This document shows, one piece after another, positions 41,027-55,500 of a DNA stretch of 64,000 nucleotides (position 1 is its first letter; each line of letters opens with the position of its first letter). The notes under the pieces were generated by a model. The model was not told the DNA's origin. It worked only from the letters and a program-made list of their open reading frames with translations, and ran no database searches. Made by a program: the position numbers and the translations under genes. This DNA is from Chrysomallon squamiferum. Its lineage: Eukaryota > Animalia > Mollusca. Where the stretch lies: the NCBI GenBank assembly GCA_012295275.1, contig CM022677.1, positions 9,486,001-9,550,000 on the forward strand, written 5' to 3'.

Positions 41027-41993
41027 CTATTCTGTACCTACTTTTCTCCACAGAATGTTTTCAGGCCACGTGTGACTGCTGGTGTAGTTAAGTGGTTGGT
41101 AATAGTTGTGCACGTCCAGACTTTCCATGTTGTGACTCTGCATAAAGTTGATAATGTACTCTCCCTCTGCCGAATTCTTAACCTTGGACCACTCTAACAA
41201 GATAAATGGAATCTCAACTTCCTGAAAAAACCTTTTTGCCCCTGCCAGCACACGACCTTCATGACCCTCCACGTCCATTTTTATAACTGCTTTCTTTACT
41301 GGGAAGACTTCCAACAAATCATCCAATAAAATAGCATATGCATTAATGTTATTTTCGATATTCAACATAATCCGAGCCAGGGCGTTTTCTCCACCAGTAT
41401 TACCGAAACTAACCAGTCTGCGAGAATCTGATAGTGCATTGTGCACAAGGTAAGTCCTGTCTTCAAAATGTCCTTCAAGTATACTTTTATAAAGTCGCTT
41501 AGCGTTATCCAGGACTGGTTCAATGGCGATCACTTTTTTTCCAATCATGGCGGCCGACAGCGTGAAAACTCCTACGTTAGCACCAACGTCAATGAGAACC
41601 AAATCTTTGTCAGTGCTGAGTGCGTGGTATATAGCTTCCACACTCTGCCTCTCCCACACTCCGTCATCCACCAGCAGGTTTGTGATTACCACCGTGAGGG
41701 TGAGGATTCACGTAATCGTAGACAAATATCTTACAGTGTAAACCAAACGGACTCCTAAGAACTGTTTGAGAGAATAATTTGTTTTCTTTAACAAGATCTT
41801 CTGCTGTCGTCCAAGTTCCTGTTTCAGTTTTCTGAACTGCGAAGTTGTATCTGAGCCCAGGAGCAAGTTTTTCTCCAAGATATTTCCACTTTTTATTGTT
41901 GTAACGTTTTCTAACAGACGACATCAAGAAAAATACAGAATACATTAACAAAACAGATGTAACAAACACAAAACATTTTAGCCTTCGTGCCAT
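41027..41993 (-). pseudogene. FkbM-family (Methyltransf_21) SAM-dependent methyltransferase, paralog 2, type II membrane; single +1 frameshift near 41694 (pseudogene or consensus error)
   Basis: ORFs 41993-41664 and 41692-41027 join into a ~321-aa protein collinear with the 343-aa paralog if one base is removed. N-terminal hydrophobic segment; motifs LIDVGANVG, IAIEP, KMDVEGHE; splice acceptor tttag 12 nt before the ATG. Confidence 0.75.
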
Positions 41994-42455
41994 CTTCAGA
42001 GAGATCTAAATAAAACATAATCAGCAACGATTAATACAATAAGTTTTAATACTCTGACGCGAAGTATACAGAAGCACAAATTAAATATAAATGAAATGTT
42101 ATAAATAACTGTGAAGAGGTGACAGTGAACAAACAAAAGCGCTGTGGCTATGTTGTGGTGAATTCAAGGCCAGACTTCCCCAGCTACCAGTTTTACCAAG
42201 GCAGAAAGGTGACGTGAGGAAATAGCTGCAATCATTTATTTGTAAGACTTGTGTTACTGTATCCTCTCTTATTAATGGTCTCACCTTTGTTCAGCCCAAA
42301 GCTTTTTGTTCTATTTTCCTTTCTTTTCTACTCTTTTGTTTCTTTAGTTATGGAAGAAATATTTACAGCAATAGATCTGAGGTCGTAAAAAGTTCAAGTG
42401 CATACTCATATATCCGTATTCTCTTTGCTATTTCCGTGTTATGAAAATTTGAACC

Positions 42456-42566
<111 letters not shown>

Positions 42567-42745
42567 TAAAATACAACTACTTACCTTTGAAGTAACAGAG
42601 ATTTTCTCGAATATGAGTATTTTGATTTTTCGTTTTATTCTACGTTTTGGAAACTGTGTATATTGCACAGTTGTAACTGTCTTGTGTGTATATTGATATA
42701 CTAACATGCAAAATCAATGTAGGTATATAACTATATACCGAACAC

Positions 42746-42894
42746 AGATGTGCGTGACACCTGTATGTGAATCATGAATGTATTAAACCGAAAAAAGAAC
42801 AAACATGATTTATATTAAAATTTAATATAAATTATGTTTGTTCTTTTTTCGGTTTAATACATTCATGATTCAGATACAGGTGTCACGCACATCT
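42746..42894. repeat. 149-bp near-perfect palindrome (74-bp arms, 1-nt loop, 2 mismatches)
   Basis: agatgtgcgtgacacctgta...tatattaaa-a-tttaatata...tacaggtgtcacgcacatct. Confidence 0.95.
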
Positions 42895-44055
42895 ATATAT
42901 ATCAAAAATAATTTAGATAACGTTATAATAATAATAACAATAAGAAGAAGAAGAAGAATCAAAGAAAGAAGGTAAATCGAGGCCAGATCATTATTTACGG
43001 TAGTGTTGCTTGTACAGGATGCAGTATATTAAGACGTTCGCTGTCAAACACAGATACATTTTGTATATGAACATAGTGAAAATGGTCCAGCCATAACATT
43101 ATCATTTATAAACAGTTTATCGTGGTGTAACTGAGAAAAGAAATATTCCATGTTTTAATATCAGTGACTAAGCAGACAATGCAATCCATTTAAACAAACA
43201 AAAACCATTAAGTGATGTGAAATTTTGTCAGATAATAATAAACTTTCCGAAGAGAGCTGGAAATAAATGCGAAGCGTTGACTGAAACTCATAATCAGTAT
43301 GATTTATTTAAGTTTGATATTACAGCTCGTTCTGTGTAATGAGAATGAAATTATAATATACAAAATCCTTAATAAACAACAATAACATTACTATATAAAT
43401 AAATAAACAAAAACACAATTAAATAAATAAATAATACATTTTTGTAAAAATGTTGGATGAAAATAATTTGTATTCGAAAAGATATTCGATGTGTTTGTTT
43501 GTTTTTTAACATTTTGAATAATGTTGTTAATCAACTGCAGTTATCCCTTTTGAATTATTGCTGATCAGTTAACGACAAGATTTTGCAACAAACTAATTAT
43601 CTACTTTTTGAATAAACAAATGAAAAAAGGATGATGTCCCAGTTTCCATTGTTTTTGGCGTTTCCTTTTTTTTTTTTCTTAATCTTTTCTTTTAAATTTT
43701 TAATGTTCACGAGTGAATGATCTCAGAGAAAATGTTCATTTAAATTCATTAAATTGTCTGATAAATATAAAATCTGTTCGAATTATGATTTTATTCTTTC
43801 CACCTAGATGACGTACAAATAATTTAAAATATCCCATCATTAATATTTGGATCTTAGCTGTTGTACTCAACGTCTAGCTTTGAGACGACATTTTTAAACT
43901 TTACAAAAATATTTGCTTACGGTTTTTAAATTAACTTTGAAAAGCTCTATCTAATGAACACTCTTAATCTAATATGTATTCTCATCATTTTACAGCAGCA
44001 ACAAAAAATGATAACGGTTGCAGTAATTCAAATGGTAATATACCTCAATTCAGTT

Positions 44056-45087
44056 TTATCGTTCCGCTTTTCTCCATAGTATAGCTTCAGGCCATTCCTT
44101 GTATCTGTCAACGTCCAGCTGCTGGTAGTAGTGTAATACGTCAAGAGGCTGCATGTTATGTCTCCGCATGAGTTGCAGAATGTATTTCGCTACACTTCTA
44201 TTCTTCACCAAAATCCACTCGACTAAAATGAAAGGTACGTGCACATGTTGTAAAAAGTGTTCTGCTCCTTTTAACACGTGAGCTTCGTGAGACTCCACGT
44301 CGATTTTAATGACAGCCTTTTTTATTGGAAACACTTCAAGCAAGTCATCAAGCAGAACCGAGTATGCTGATGTTGCCGGCGATTTGTTTCTCGACAACCG
44401 GTCCACTTGGGCGTTAGAGTTTTCTCCCCTAACATTTATAAAAGTTAGTAGCCTATGCGAGTTTGATGCCGCGTTATGGATCAAATACACTTCATTTTCA
44501 AAATGTCCTTCAAGTATACTTTTATAAAGTCGCTTAGCGTTATCCAGGACTGGTTCAATGGCGATCACTTTTCTTCCAATCATGGCGGCCGACAGCGTGA
44601 AAACTCCTACGTTAGCACCAACGTCAATGAGAACCAAATCTTTGTCAGTGCTGAGTGCGTGGTATATAGCTTCCACACTCTGCCTCTCCCACACTCCGTC
44701 ATTTCCTATCCCATATGTAACGCCCACATGTTCATTGGGGAATTTATATTTATACGTATAAATTGCACAGTTTATACCAAAAGGGCTTCTTAAAGTGAGC
44801 TTCTCAAATGACTCGTTTGTAGCGTGGATTTCATCATCCAGTGACCATGATGTTTCATTTCTACGGACTGCAAAATTATCTCTAGAATTTGGAGCAAGTT
44901 TTTCACCTAGACATTTCCAATTGTCAGTTTTATTTAATATTAAATCCTCTCTCTTTTCAGCATCTAATATTATCGATTTCTTAAAATCAATTTTACAGAT
45001 CTTTATCTGTATAACGTCTAGATGAAAGAGACTTATTATTATAATAATGAAAATAAGCAAGCCAACACAAATACTTTTTTGTTTCAT
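44056..45087 (-). CDS. FkbM-family (Methyltransf_21) SAM-dependent methyltransferase, paralog 1, type II membrane protein, 343 aa
   Basis: Intact single-exon ORF; short basic N-terminus plus TM segment (ICVGLLIFIIIIISLF); N-x-S/T sequons; motifs LIDVGANVG, IAIEP, KIDVESHE; tttacag acceptor immediately before the ATG. Confidence 0.9.
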   Translation of the reverse strand: MKQKSICVGLLIFIIIIISLFHLDVIQIKICKIDFKKSIILDAEKREDLILNKTDNWKCLGEKLAPNSRDNFAVRRNETSWSLDDEIHATNESFEKLTLRSPFGINCAIYTYKYKFPNEHVGVTYGIGNDGVWERQSVEAIYHALSTDKDLVLIDVGANVGVFTLSAAMIGRKVIAIEPVLDNAKRLYKSILEGHFENEVYLIHNAASNSHRLLTFINVRGENSNAQVDRLSRNKSPATSAYSVLLDDLLEVFPIKKAVIKIDVESHEAHVLKGAEHFLQHVHVPFILVEWILVKNRSVAKYILQLMRRHNMQPLDVLHYYQQLDVDRYKEWPEAILWRKAER

Positions 45088-45263
45088 CTGTAAAAATAAA
45101 TAATAAAATATAAAATAATTAAATAAAAGCTAAAAATGGAATTTTCAAAAGCCAATTAATCAGAAATCTGAAATCTGAAGCAGCTTTCTGAATTAATGAA
45201 AAGATCAGGACACGAAAGAATTTCAGTTTTTTAAATAATTAAACTTCGATTATGTGTGTGTGT

Positions 45264-45312
<49 letters not shown>

Positions 45313-47790
45313 TGTGTGAAAAATAAATAAAATTCGGTGTAATATGATAAACATTTTCAGTTTTGACTAAGATTTATTATTCTGTTAGTGCATATTTACT
45401 TGCCTCGTTCGTGAAAGAACTCTGCGTCATCAGTATTCGCAATCAAAAACAGATTTATAAATAACTTCGTTGAAAAACGGCGAATTTGGTGTGAACTATA
45501 AAAAAGGTATTTAAAACCGAAAGCATTATTCAGTCCTGGACAACATACGTCTACAATATATTTACTTTACTTCATCTCTAAAACATTTTCAAAAATGATA
45601 CAGGAATGAACATTTCTTTCTTGCTTTTTATTTTTTTTTTCATTTTATTTTATTTTATTTTTTTTATTTTTTTTTTTTTTCAAAATCGTTCATTTAAAAT
45701 ATGGAACATTGTGCCATCCATTACTTAGAATTTAAAAAGAGATTTGACGTTTCTAATAATTATTAATACTCTGAAGAAATATCACCGTGACACATTTCGA
45801 CAACGGAAAAAACTGGAACAAAAATATCAAGACAAGACACAAATTAACAGGCCATGTAAAATTTGACAACATTGAGTAAATAGGAATAACAGAATTAAGG
45901 GGATAGTTTTTAGTCTTCAAGGTTACTGGGACAATAATTTAATTATTTGAATAACAGTATCCATCTATCCGTGTCGGTTTAAATCCCAAAAGTTGATTAA
46001 TTCTAAACAAATAATATTTATTATAAGTAGTCTGTTTTGTTTATAAAAAAAATATTAAATAAATTTATAAGTGAAATTTCGTAAACTGAGCCTTTGAGAA
46101 GGAAAGTGATAACAGAGAGTTCTGTTTTAGATGGGCTTTATGAAACAGAAAGCGAACACTCACAGACGGGATTGTTACGATATTTTACAAATTTTGTGCA
46201 CAAAAATATAATTTTATACTCAGATGATTTTATTTAATTTGGTCAAATGGCAATAAATCTAGTGTGAAAAAAAATAGTAATAAAAAAATAAAAATAAAAA
46301 TAAAATAAAATAAAAAAGTAAATCAGTATCAGAATATTGGAGAAAATGTAGGACAATCACTAGTGGGAAAACGCTCTAGAGTTTTTTAATGAATGATAAT
46401 CGTAAACGGTCTTATTAAATGAGAAGTAGTAAATCGTGCATGCCTTACCTCTGTGTTGACGGCTAACTAATCAGAAATGAATATTCCTTCAAATATATAA
46501 TACGAATTCAGGTTCATTTCTTGTACGACAGCAAAGCGGCAAAAGAAGAATCAGATTGCCACGTCATACGTAACACTAAAACACCTAGCGACATGTTTTT
46601 AGGTTCCATAAAAGAAAAACCGATTCATGTTTATGAGGTTCAAAAAGGAAAGTTGGTCTCTGTTTATCAATTATTTATTTTCACATTGTTACAAATTCAA
46701 ACGCTGATGTAGCATATATTCAAGTTCGTAGTTTAGCTTTTTTTTCTAAGAGATTATTTGCACGGTCGCCGTGTAATCAGCGCAGTAATTTGGTTTGTTT
46801 ACACGTTTTGTATCAGGTCGACAGTTAATGACTGCCTCACTCTTAAAACAAATAACTAGCAAATGATCTATCAATACTGAAAACCGACTTTTTATTTTTG
46901 TATTCCTTTTTTCTTATTTTATATGAAAGAATTTTAAAATTTTCATTTTTTTCTTCTTCTTTGGCTTCTTTTTTCTTGTTGTTTGACCATAACATTGTAA
47001 TAAGGGGGGAAATAATAATTTTTATGTTTTACTTTTTTTATGGTTTATAAGCGATTTTCTGAACATTTGAATGAACTTTGAGCTATTTAATTCGAAATAC
47101 TCGCCGAGCTACCATCTGCCTTGCAGAGTGCTTTCCCTTGATGATTATGTTTACTTAGTAAATCACACACAAACATCCAAGTGAAAAAACATTAACAAAT
47201 AAAAAAGATTTCAGTATCTTCACTGGAATAAGAAGAATAATGATCCTGCGGGTAAACAGTAATTTCCCATTGATATGGATAACATAAATTTACTTCTGTA
47301 AATTTTTCAGAAATAAAGAATGGTTACGAGTTAAAATAATAAAATTTGAATTAGAAAGAAAAAAATAAAGATCGGTCTTGTTTGATCATTATTAAAATTC
47401 CAATAGCAAACAATTTTTGAATAGGTGTGTTTATATAAGTGTTTGTGCTTTGATTACATAGGATAGTATACAAATGAGAAAGGTAAAGTGATATACATGT
47501 ATGTAAGTGTAAGAAAGACTCGAGGAGTATTTTTGTTTGTGTGGAGAATAGAAAGTATGGCTAGATAAACTGGTGTAAAAAGAGTATGTATATGTTTAGA
47601 TAAGATGTATATGAATGTGAAAGGAGAAGTGGGTCCATACGTACGTGTGTCTAATTAAAAGTGTTTGTTATTCAGAGCCGGTAGGATATAAATATGTGTG
47701 CTTTCACCGCAATATACAGAAAGAGAGAAATGTAATCTGTTAAATATGTACATTAAGAGAAAAGACTAAACAAGGGAAAGAAATAATAAC

Positions 47791-47862
<72 letters not shown>

Positions 47863-48563
47863 AATAAAAACATACAAATCATCTTTGTTTTTCATTTTCT
47901 TTTTCTTTGAAGGACGAAAAGGAAAAGTAATGAAAGTATTTATGTATAAAGGTACTGTTATAATAAAATACTTTTGTGTTCATTTCATTAGAAATGGATT
48001 TCTCGAGGGGCCGCTTTTTTGCTCTGACGTAATGCAACATTAATAACGTGTAACACACTGACACTTGGCACTTGGCACAATTATTTTACAAACTGTTTGG
48101 GAAAACTCCCTTACCTAAAGCTCAACAGTATGTGTGTAAAATATTAAATTATGTCGTGTTGCGACTACGAGCAGAGGCAGGATGTATTACGTACAATAAG
48201 TTATTTTAACACTAAAACTAAAAATTAACAGATTTGAGTATGTTTGGGTATTTTGACAAATAAATAAATATAACAAAAGTGTATATTGCTTGAGGCTCAA
48301 ATTAAATAAAATAACTGTCAATATTTTAAAGTAGCTGTAAATGAAATTGTCTATTTACTAGTTACCATAAACCCGACTCTTAATTTGCTAGTGATTTATA
48401 ACTATTGTTTTATGCTACTCGTGAATATTTTGTTCTAAACTAGCAGTTAATCTATTATTGTTTTAATCTAGTCGTTACTCTGCTATTGTAAGTACACTTC
48501 ATTATTTTAATATCTGATATGTAAATATTGTAAAGATAGTAATTAATGATAGCTTTGAATCTC

Positions 48564-48622
<59 letters not shown>

Positions 48623-49528
48623 TAGTAAAAGTAATATTAATATTAAAAATAAATAAAATAGAAATAAAAACAACAACACTAATCATAACACAACAACAAA
48701 ACAATATTACTAATAATAGTAATATTTATTAGTTGTTTGTTTTGTTGTTGTTGTTGTTATTATTATTAATTTCATTTGCTCACGATCTGTCTTGACCTCT
48801 TCGTTTATTATAATCTGCTTTGACCACAGCTGTCATAGAATGGTGCACTGTAACCATGTACGGATACAAATACTATATACACTCATTCACCAGACTCAGA
48901 GCAAGACTTTTCATGTTAAAGGTTAACTTCGTTTTTATTAAGTTGTTTTCTTTACATAGTAAAGAAGTACTGTAATAAATAGTGTAATGTGTGGGATAGT
49001 AGTAGTGTTAAGGTAGTAATAATACGTGGCCTTGCTTGGCGCGTTGAATCTAAATATATTTGACGCAGTTACAGAAAACGCTATTTTATATATTTAACCT
49101 TTGAAGATTGTATTCAAAGGATTAAATGACAGATGTTGTTTTTCTCAAACGTGTTATAATGTGACAGCTGGTTTACAGATTATCATAAATAAATTAATTT
49201 GTTCACTAACCGGTACTGTTTGTATAGCTTGTAGACAAAAACGAATAATTACATTATAACATCAGTATTTATTTATTTATTTATCATTAACAGTTTTGTT
49301 TCAGACACAACACCATGTTTCAAGAACTGCTGATGTTCTCATTAAGGTGGCACGTGACACTTACGTAATTCATCCGCCATTATTATTGTAATAAGAGAGA
49401 ATCGGAGAAAAAATGACAGATCACAATTAAAATTGTGAGAGAAGGTAAGTTTTCTGTTATTATTATTATTATTACTCCAAGCACAGACTTTGTTTGTACT
49501 AGTGTGCTGCTAACGTTTATTAAAAAAC

Positions 49529-49566
<38 letters not shown>

Positions 49567-50006
49567 CAGTGATTTATAATTGTGATTAAAAGTTCATATT
49601 TCTTCACGGTACTTAATGTCGACAAAAAAACAACAAAAAAACATAAAGCAACATAATCATAATAATAACGCGGGTGTTACATTTCTTTGGCTATTTGGCT
49701 GTGAGTAGAGCTTATGTGCAATTGTATCATATTTTCACTCAACATTTTATTGTTCTCATATATCATGTCTCACGCTATATGAGACGAGTATTTTGTCCGC
49801 TTTAGAAATGTTTCAAATTGGCGTCGTTAAACAAGATCGTTCACGGCGGATAAAAAAAGTTTCATGAACAGTGGATAACGCAGTCGCTTTTGTTTCATGC
49901 ATGTACATGTTCGTCTGTTAATTTTTAGGCTACAAGTTGTTGCTGTATTCTCTTGGGCATGTTTGCGGGCAGATTTTCGTAGATTGTGACAGGCTCTCTA
50001 ACATGT

Positions 50007-50114
50007 CTGGGGCGGACCTAGAGAGGGGTCCAAGGTGTCCGGACCCCCCCTCAAACTTGAGAAGTGCCCCTTTATTGAAGATATCTAAAATAAATATATT
50101 TATTTTTAATAATA

Positions 50115-50145
<31 letters not shown>

Positions 50146-50276
50146 TTTGCATTTTGCAACATGTCCGAGCGTCGAGCCTGGTGAAGCACAGATATATTTG
50201 TATGGCCCATGTGAACTGTGACATTTTTCAACACTGTCTTTTCTTAGTGTTACGGTGCCCATTTTGATCCGCCCAG
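50007..50276. mobile_element. Possible degenerate hAT-like MITE
   Basis: Imperfect inverted ends ctggggcggacc and gatccgcccag; internal hairpin ggggtcc/ggacccc; no target duplication. Confidence 0.3.
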
Positions 50277-51380
50277 CTTGACCAGAGAAATGTTCATGAA
50301 CAACAGATTCCAAAGAAACTATACTCCCAACTCAATCCCCTGGCAACGTCGTTCAATGTAGTTAATAAATTTGCCGGGCCGAGGTGGTGTCAGAAGCAAT
50401 TGATTTTCACTTGACAACCCACTGCAAATAAGTGCTGTATGAAAACCGGCAATAGCCTAGACAGATTCACTCAGAAGATTAATTCAAAATGTATTAACGT
50501 GTATGTACTACAATGTCTTACAAGACTAACGACAAAAATTTACTTTGCTGCTACATGTCAGGATTGCTTCTGACGGGATAGTAAACATGTATACGGAGGA
50601 TAAAAATACGAAAAAGGAGCTGGAGAGATAAAGGTGTTCGCTCTGTTGACGTATTCTGGAATAACTTGTCTTTTTGAAGTGAATAGCGGAGACAGCTTAG
50701 TAGACTACATCACAGACTCACTGTCTGGCCTGGTGGAAGCGGGTAGAACTGGCAGCGTCCCAGGCCACTCATTCAAGAATAAAACATCGGTAGATCAAAC
50801 ATGTAACTGCACATTTTCTACAGGAACTCACCGCCAAATAGCCGGAGAAATGTAAAACCGGTTCGCGGCAAAATATCCACTGCAACAACAACAACGACAA
50901 CAACAACAAAAAACAACAACAACAACAATAATAATAATAATAATAATAATAATTTACTGTATTTGTTCATTGGTATGCTGTTGAATGAAGGGCTACACTT
51001 TTGTGTGTTTACACTAGGAAGCTGTCATGTCTAACAAATATATATATCGACGTAAGCAGAAAATTAATGTGAAATATCCATATCATTGTTTTTGTTTATA
51101 TACTCACAAATAGTCAGCCTCATTAATATTAATACTTTGCATTAACAAAACCGGTTTAAAAAATAAAAATTAATATTTATACGTGTATTTACATTCATCT
51201 GACAGTAGTGATGGGAATCTATAATTTATATAAAAAGTATGTTTTTGAATTAATCTCTGGTTACGCCTCGTCGAGTAAATTTTGTATTTCTGTTTGTATA
51301 TATAACAAATATTTGAATAACTGAATTTAGTCACATTTTGAGGTTTTAGGACGTGTTCTTATAGCTAATGATACACAAAC

Positions 51381-51485
<105 letters not shown>

Positions 51486-51638
51486 TTATATTGCTCTAAT
51501 GATATGTACATTTTTTTACTCAGTTCAATTTACGTTATACGGTGTTGACAGTATTTGTCATTTGTTTATTCACCAGTACATGAGGTGATATATATTTTTT
51601 ATTTTTTATTTTTTATTTTATTTCATTACATGGGGGAG

Positions 51639-51707
<69 letters not shown>

Positions 51708-52924
51708 GTATGTGTGTCGCTTTTAAAAGCTTGTTCAGTAAGACTGAACTGTAGGGGACAAAGACCCGTTTATTAAATAACAGACTACTGTTGCGTAATC
51801 TTCATATTTACCTTTATTTTATTTTTTTATTTATCAAGTTAGTTATTATTATTATTATTTATTTATTTAGGGTTTTTTGTTTTTATATATATATATATCT
51901 TTTTAATATTAAATAGGTCAACCGATTGTGACATGTTTATAAGCTCTTGATTTTATTTTTGTGTCGAGTTATGTAGACATTACAGTATAAAAAAGGAAGT
52001 TTGCTGATTTGCTGAGGAATGAAATTTACGAAGTGTGGTTCAGCGTGCAGTCGCCGGGGCCCGAGGAAAACGAGACGTAGGTCAGTTTTAAAAGATATTG
52101 TCGTCGATTATTGTGATGGCGATATGGATGTTGTTGATTTTGTTATTAGTGATGTTGTTCACTGATGCTGTTACTGATGATGTTGATGATGTGGACACTA
52201 GTATTAGTGGTACCGCTGTTAGAGAGTGATTGAAGCGGCAGATTATTATTGTGAAATTATATTTTATATATTTTTAAGGAAGTAATTGTTAAAATACCAA
52301 AATTTTAAGGAGCACGAAAGGATATTTGGTTTTCTGGGTAACATTGGGGTATTTTTGTTGTTGTTGTTGTTATTGTTGTTGTTAATTCTGTAAACCTTAC
52401 TAGGTTATGTTTTTATTTTCTTCCTGTCTACCAAGTAGTTAGACTCTTAGGTTATATTAGTGTTGCATGCCAATCACGCAATGCATCATCCTGTAAGATT
52501 AAGTTGATATCGCCTGATAGATGAATGAATATATATATACATTAGTGTAGGCAATGCACCTATATATTAATGTAGGCAATGCACCTATATATTAATGTAG
52601 GCAATAGATAATGGCATACAGTACGCTACAAAGGATGATGATGATGATAAAAAGTGTATATAAAGAAAGTAAATAAAGAAAGAAAGAAATAAGCTGCTGC
52701 ATAGTTGACGGTTTATCTTCCCTCATTAATTGACAGTGCAGGATGTATGTATGTATTCAAATAAAAAAATGTTTTTAAAAAAATGTAACAAGGTAACAAT
52801 TTACAAACAGACTGTCTGACAACGTCATGATTATAGTGTTTCATTCATTCATTTTCCCAGTCGTTTCTTAAAATGAATAAATAATTACGGAAATCCGTGC
52901 AGCTGACTTAACGCTTGACTTAAC

Positions 52925-53705
52925 GGTGTGTTCCCAAAACTGGCAGTCTCCAGATTATGTAATTGGTGAGGTGTTATAATCCGCTTCCAGAAATGAGAAA
53001 ACTGGCGTGAGCAATTAAGGCCAATTTAGAGGCATGAAGAACAGATTAACGAGATTAACTTTAATGAGCAGTGAAGAGCAGAGGTGAGCTGGAATAGAGA
53101 TTGCAAGCAAATTAATGTTTGGAGACATGAAATACTACCAAGTTAGACATGTGGGGTTAACAAGCTCAGTTAAGAGAAGTATAAAATTTGGAGACAGGAA
53201 ATACTACCTATATAAATACTGTACAGTCATGAAGCTTGTTATGTTTGATCATGGCTGCGAAGGGAAAAATTCTGGACGGCAGAAAACCAGGTGCAGACCT
53301 CATACTTGATGGATATAGGTATGCGCGGCGGATTAATAACAAGAATGGTATTGTACCATGGAGATGTTTGTATTCGAGGTGCCTTGCCACCGTGACTGCT
53401 ACACCGGGTGGGACAGTGGTGAGGAGAGGTAAAGACCACATCCATTCCTCGGATGACAGCGACGTTGCTGTCCACCTACTGACCAACACCATGAAGAAGC
53501 GAGCACGGGAGGAGCTGACCAGTTTCCCTACAAATTGTGGACAAAATACAGTTTAACAAAAGTACATCAATTAAGGTGATGGGCCATCAATTAAAGTGAC
53601 GGAACACCAATTAGTAAGGGTGAGAAATAAAATGCCAGAAATGGAACAACTGGCGTGACCAATTAAGATGTGTTATAATCTCACTGCCAGAATCGGGAAT
53701 AAACC
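52925..53705 (+). mobile_element. Non-autonomous Mutator/MULE-like element carrying a FLYWCH fragment
   Basis: GG..CC termini; ~23-bp imperfect TIR (ggtgtgttcccaaaactggcagt / actgccagaatcgggaataaacc); 8-bp direct repeat GACTTAAC on both sides (52917-52924, 53706-53713). Confidence 0.75.
53251..53556 (+). CDS. FLYWCH zinc-finger mini-ORF (101 aa), truncated MULE transposase N-terminus
   Basis: LILDGYRY...WRC....C.A...HIH matches the FLYWCH pattern; no DDE domain follows. Confidence 0.55.
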   Translation: MAAKGKILDGRKPGADLILDGYRYARRINNKNGIVPWRCLYSRCLATVTATPGGTVVRRGKDHIHSSDDSDVAVHLLTNTMKKRAREELTSFPTNCGQNTV

Positions 53706-54592
53706 GACTTAACAGTATCCAGTGTTAGGATTATGCTGCAGTAAATAACTTATAACTCAGATAAGCACGTTTTTTAAAATTTAATTGTTAACATTTTTGT
53801 TATTCGAATAAACAGGCTTTGCATTTCCTTTTCTTAATTACTTGTTAACTCTTTGTGATATTTTTCCCAGTACGTTATGTTCTGTATCAGTACTTTCAAA
53901 TTATTTTTCACATGATATTATAAAATTGTATTAAGATTTATTAAAATAGTTTAGCCAATATTCCGAAATAATTTAATTAAATTACCTCTGAATATTTAAA
54001 AATGTTCTTCCTTACATTCTATCTTTCTCGCTTACTTTTTGTTTTGTTTTTGTTTTTGTTTACGAAGTCTCTGCCCAACCGCCTTATTTACCACCACAGA
54101 TTATTTAACGGAACGTGAGCCGCTCAGACTGTTCAACACGCCCCAATGACAAATGTGTAATTTAAGTAGCAAAACGTTCAAAATGAGAACTATCATGTAA
54201 GCGCAGTTAAAAATAATCTGACTTACTCACACCACCCCAGTTTAATGTAGTCTTTGTTATTTTCGTTAATAATTTAATTTCGTATGTTCTTTTACATTTA
54301 AATGAAGACGAAATGGATTTTCAGAACGATGATTAATGAAAATTATGTCAGACATTTGTTAGATTATATTTGCTCAGACAGGTTTATCTATGAAGGTTTC
54401 ACATAAAGCGTCTAACAAAGGCGACTTCTCGTTTACACAGACTCCAGACCTCTCCTTTACCCTTTGTAACAAAATTTCCTTTACAGAATGCAAACCCTTA
54501 TATAAAACAGATTGTAGGACTGTTTCTAGTTATTAAAAGCAGAGACTAACGGTATTTTTTTTACTTTTTATTTTTTTCATTTTCCAGTCATG

Positions 54593-54645
<53 letters not shown>

Positions 54646-55500
54646 CAGAAATAAATAAATAAATGTATAAATATAATAAAAGAACGTGTTAACTAGAATG
54701 CGAGTGACTGCTGTTAGTGTTATCAAGACTGTGCAATGAGGCGTGTATTGAAAACAGCAAACTTCACAAACAAACGTTATTCTACTTGATTCACACTGTG
54801 AGGTGTTTCTCTATGAACTGGATAGCATGGCAAGCATGGAACTGCTAAAGGAAATAACTTATGTATGTGTTTATATTTCTACAGCTGCTGCTGTTCTGCT
54901 GTACCTGTTTTTAACTAAACTGTATATCATAAACGTTATTGCTACTGCTACTTGTACTATTACTGTTACTACTACTACTGCTTGTACCTACTATTACTAT
55001 TATCTGCCACCTATAATATTACTAAGACTGTTATTATATCTATTACTACTAATGCTAATTCTAAGCTGTTATTAACAACATCAACATCAAAGGTTTTGCA
55101 AACAAAAGGTAGAAATAGTCAGTTTTCATTTTCAAATGCATACGTTATCAGCTTGTAATATAAATATAATCATCGCATTAGAATTGTAATAATAATAATA
55201 ATAATAAATAATAATGATAATAATAATAATAATAACAACAACAACAAAAATAATAATAAAATATAAACAAATAAATAAGGCCCAATGGGTTTCATTTAAT
55301 AAAAACATTAAAGACGTATTGATTAACTGAAGTCAGTACGAGGCAATACATTATAATACTGTTTTAATGTGTTTATACTACACGACACACTGACTATTAT
55401 TTTCAGTATTCACGCTAGGAAGGAAAAAAGCCTGTGTCACGATGATCTAGTCAATCGCAGGCGTTTTCTCTTAATAACTAATTTATAATTGTTTAAAAAT

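Noticed and set aside
50389-50574. 12-bp inverted match gtcagaagcaat / attgcttctgac
   Set aside because: Too short and lacks a target duplication, so it cannot be called an element.
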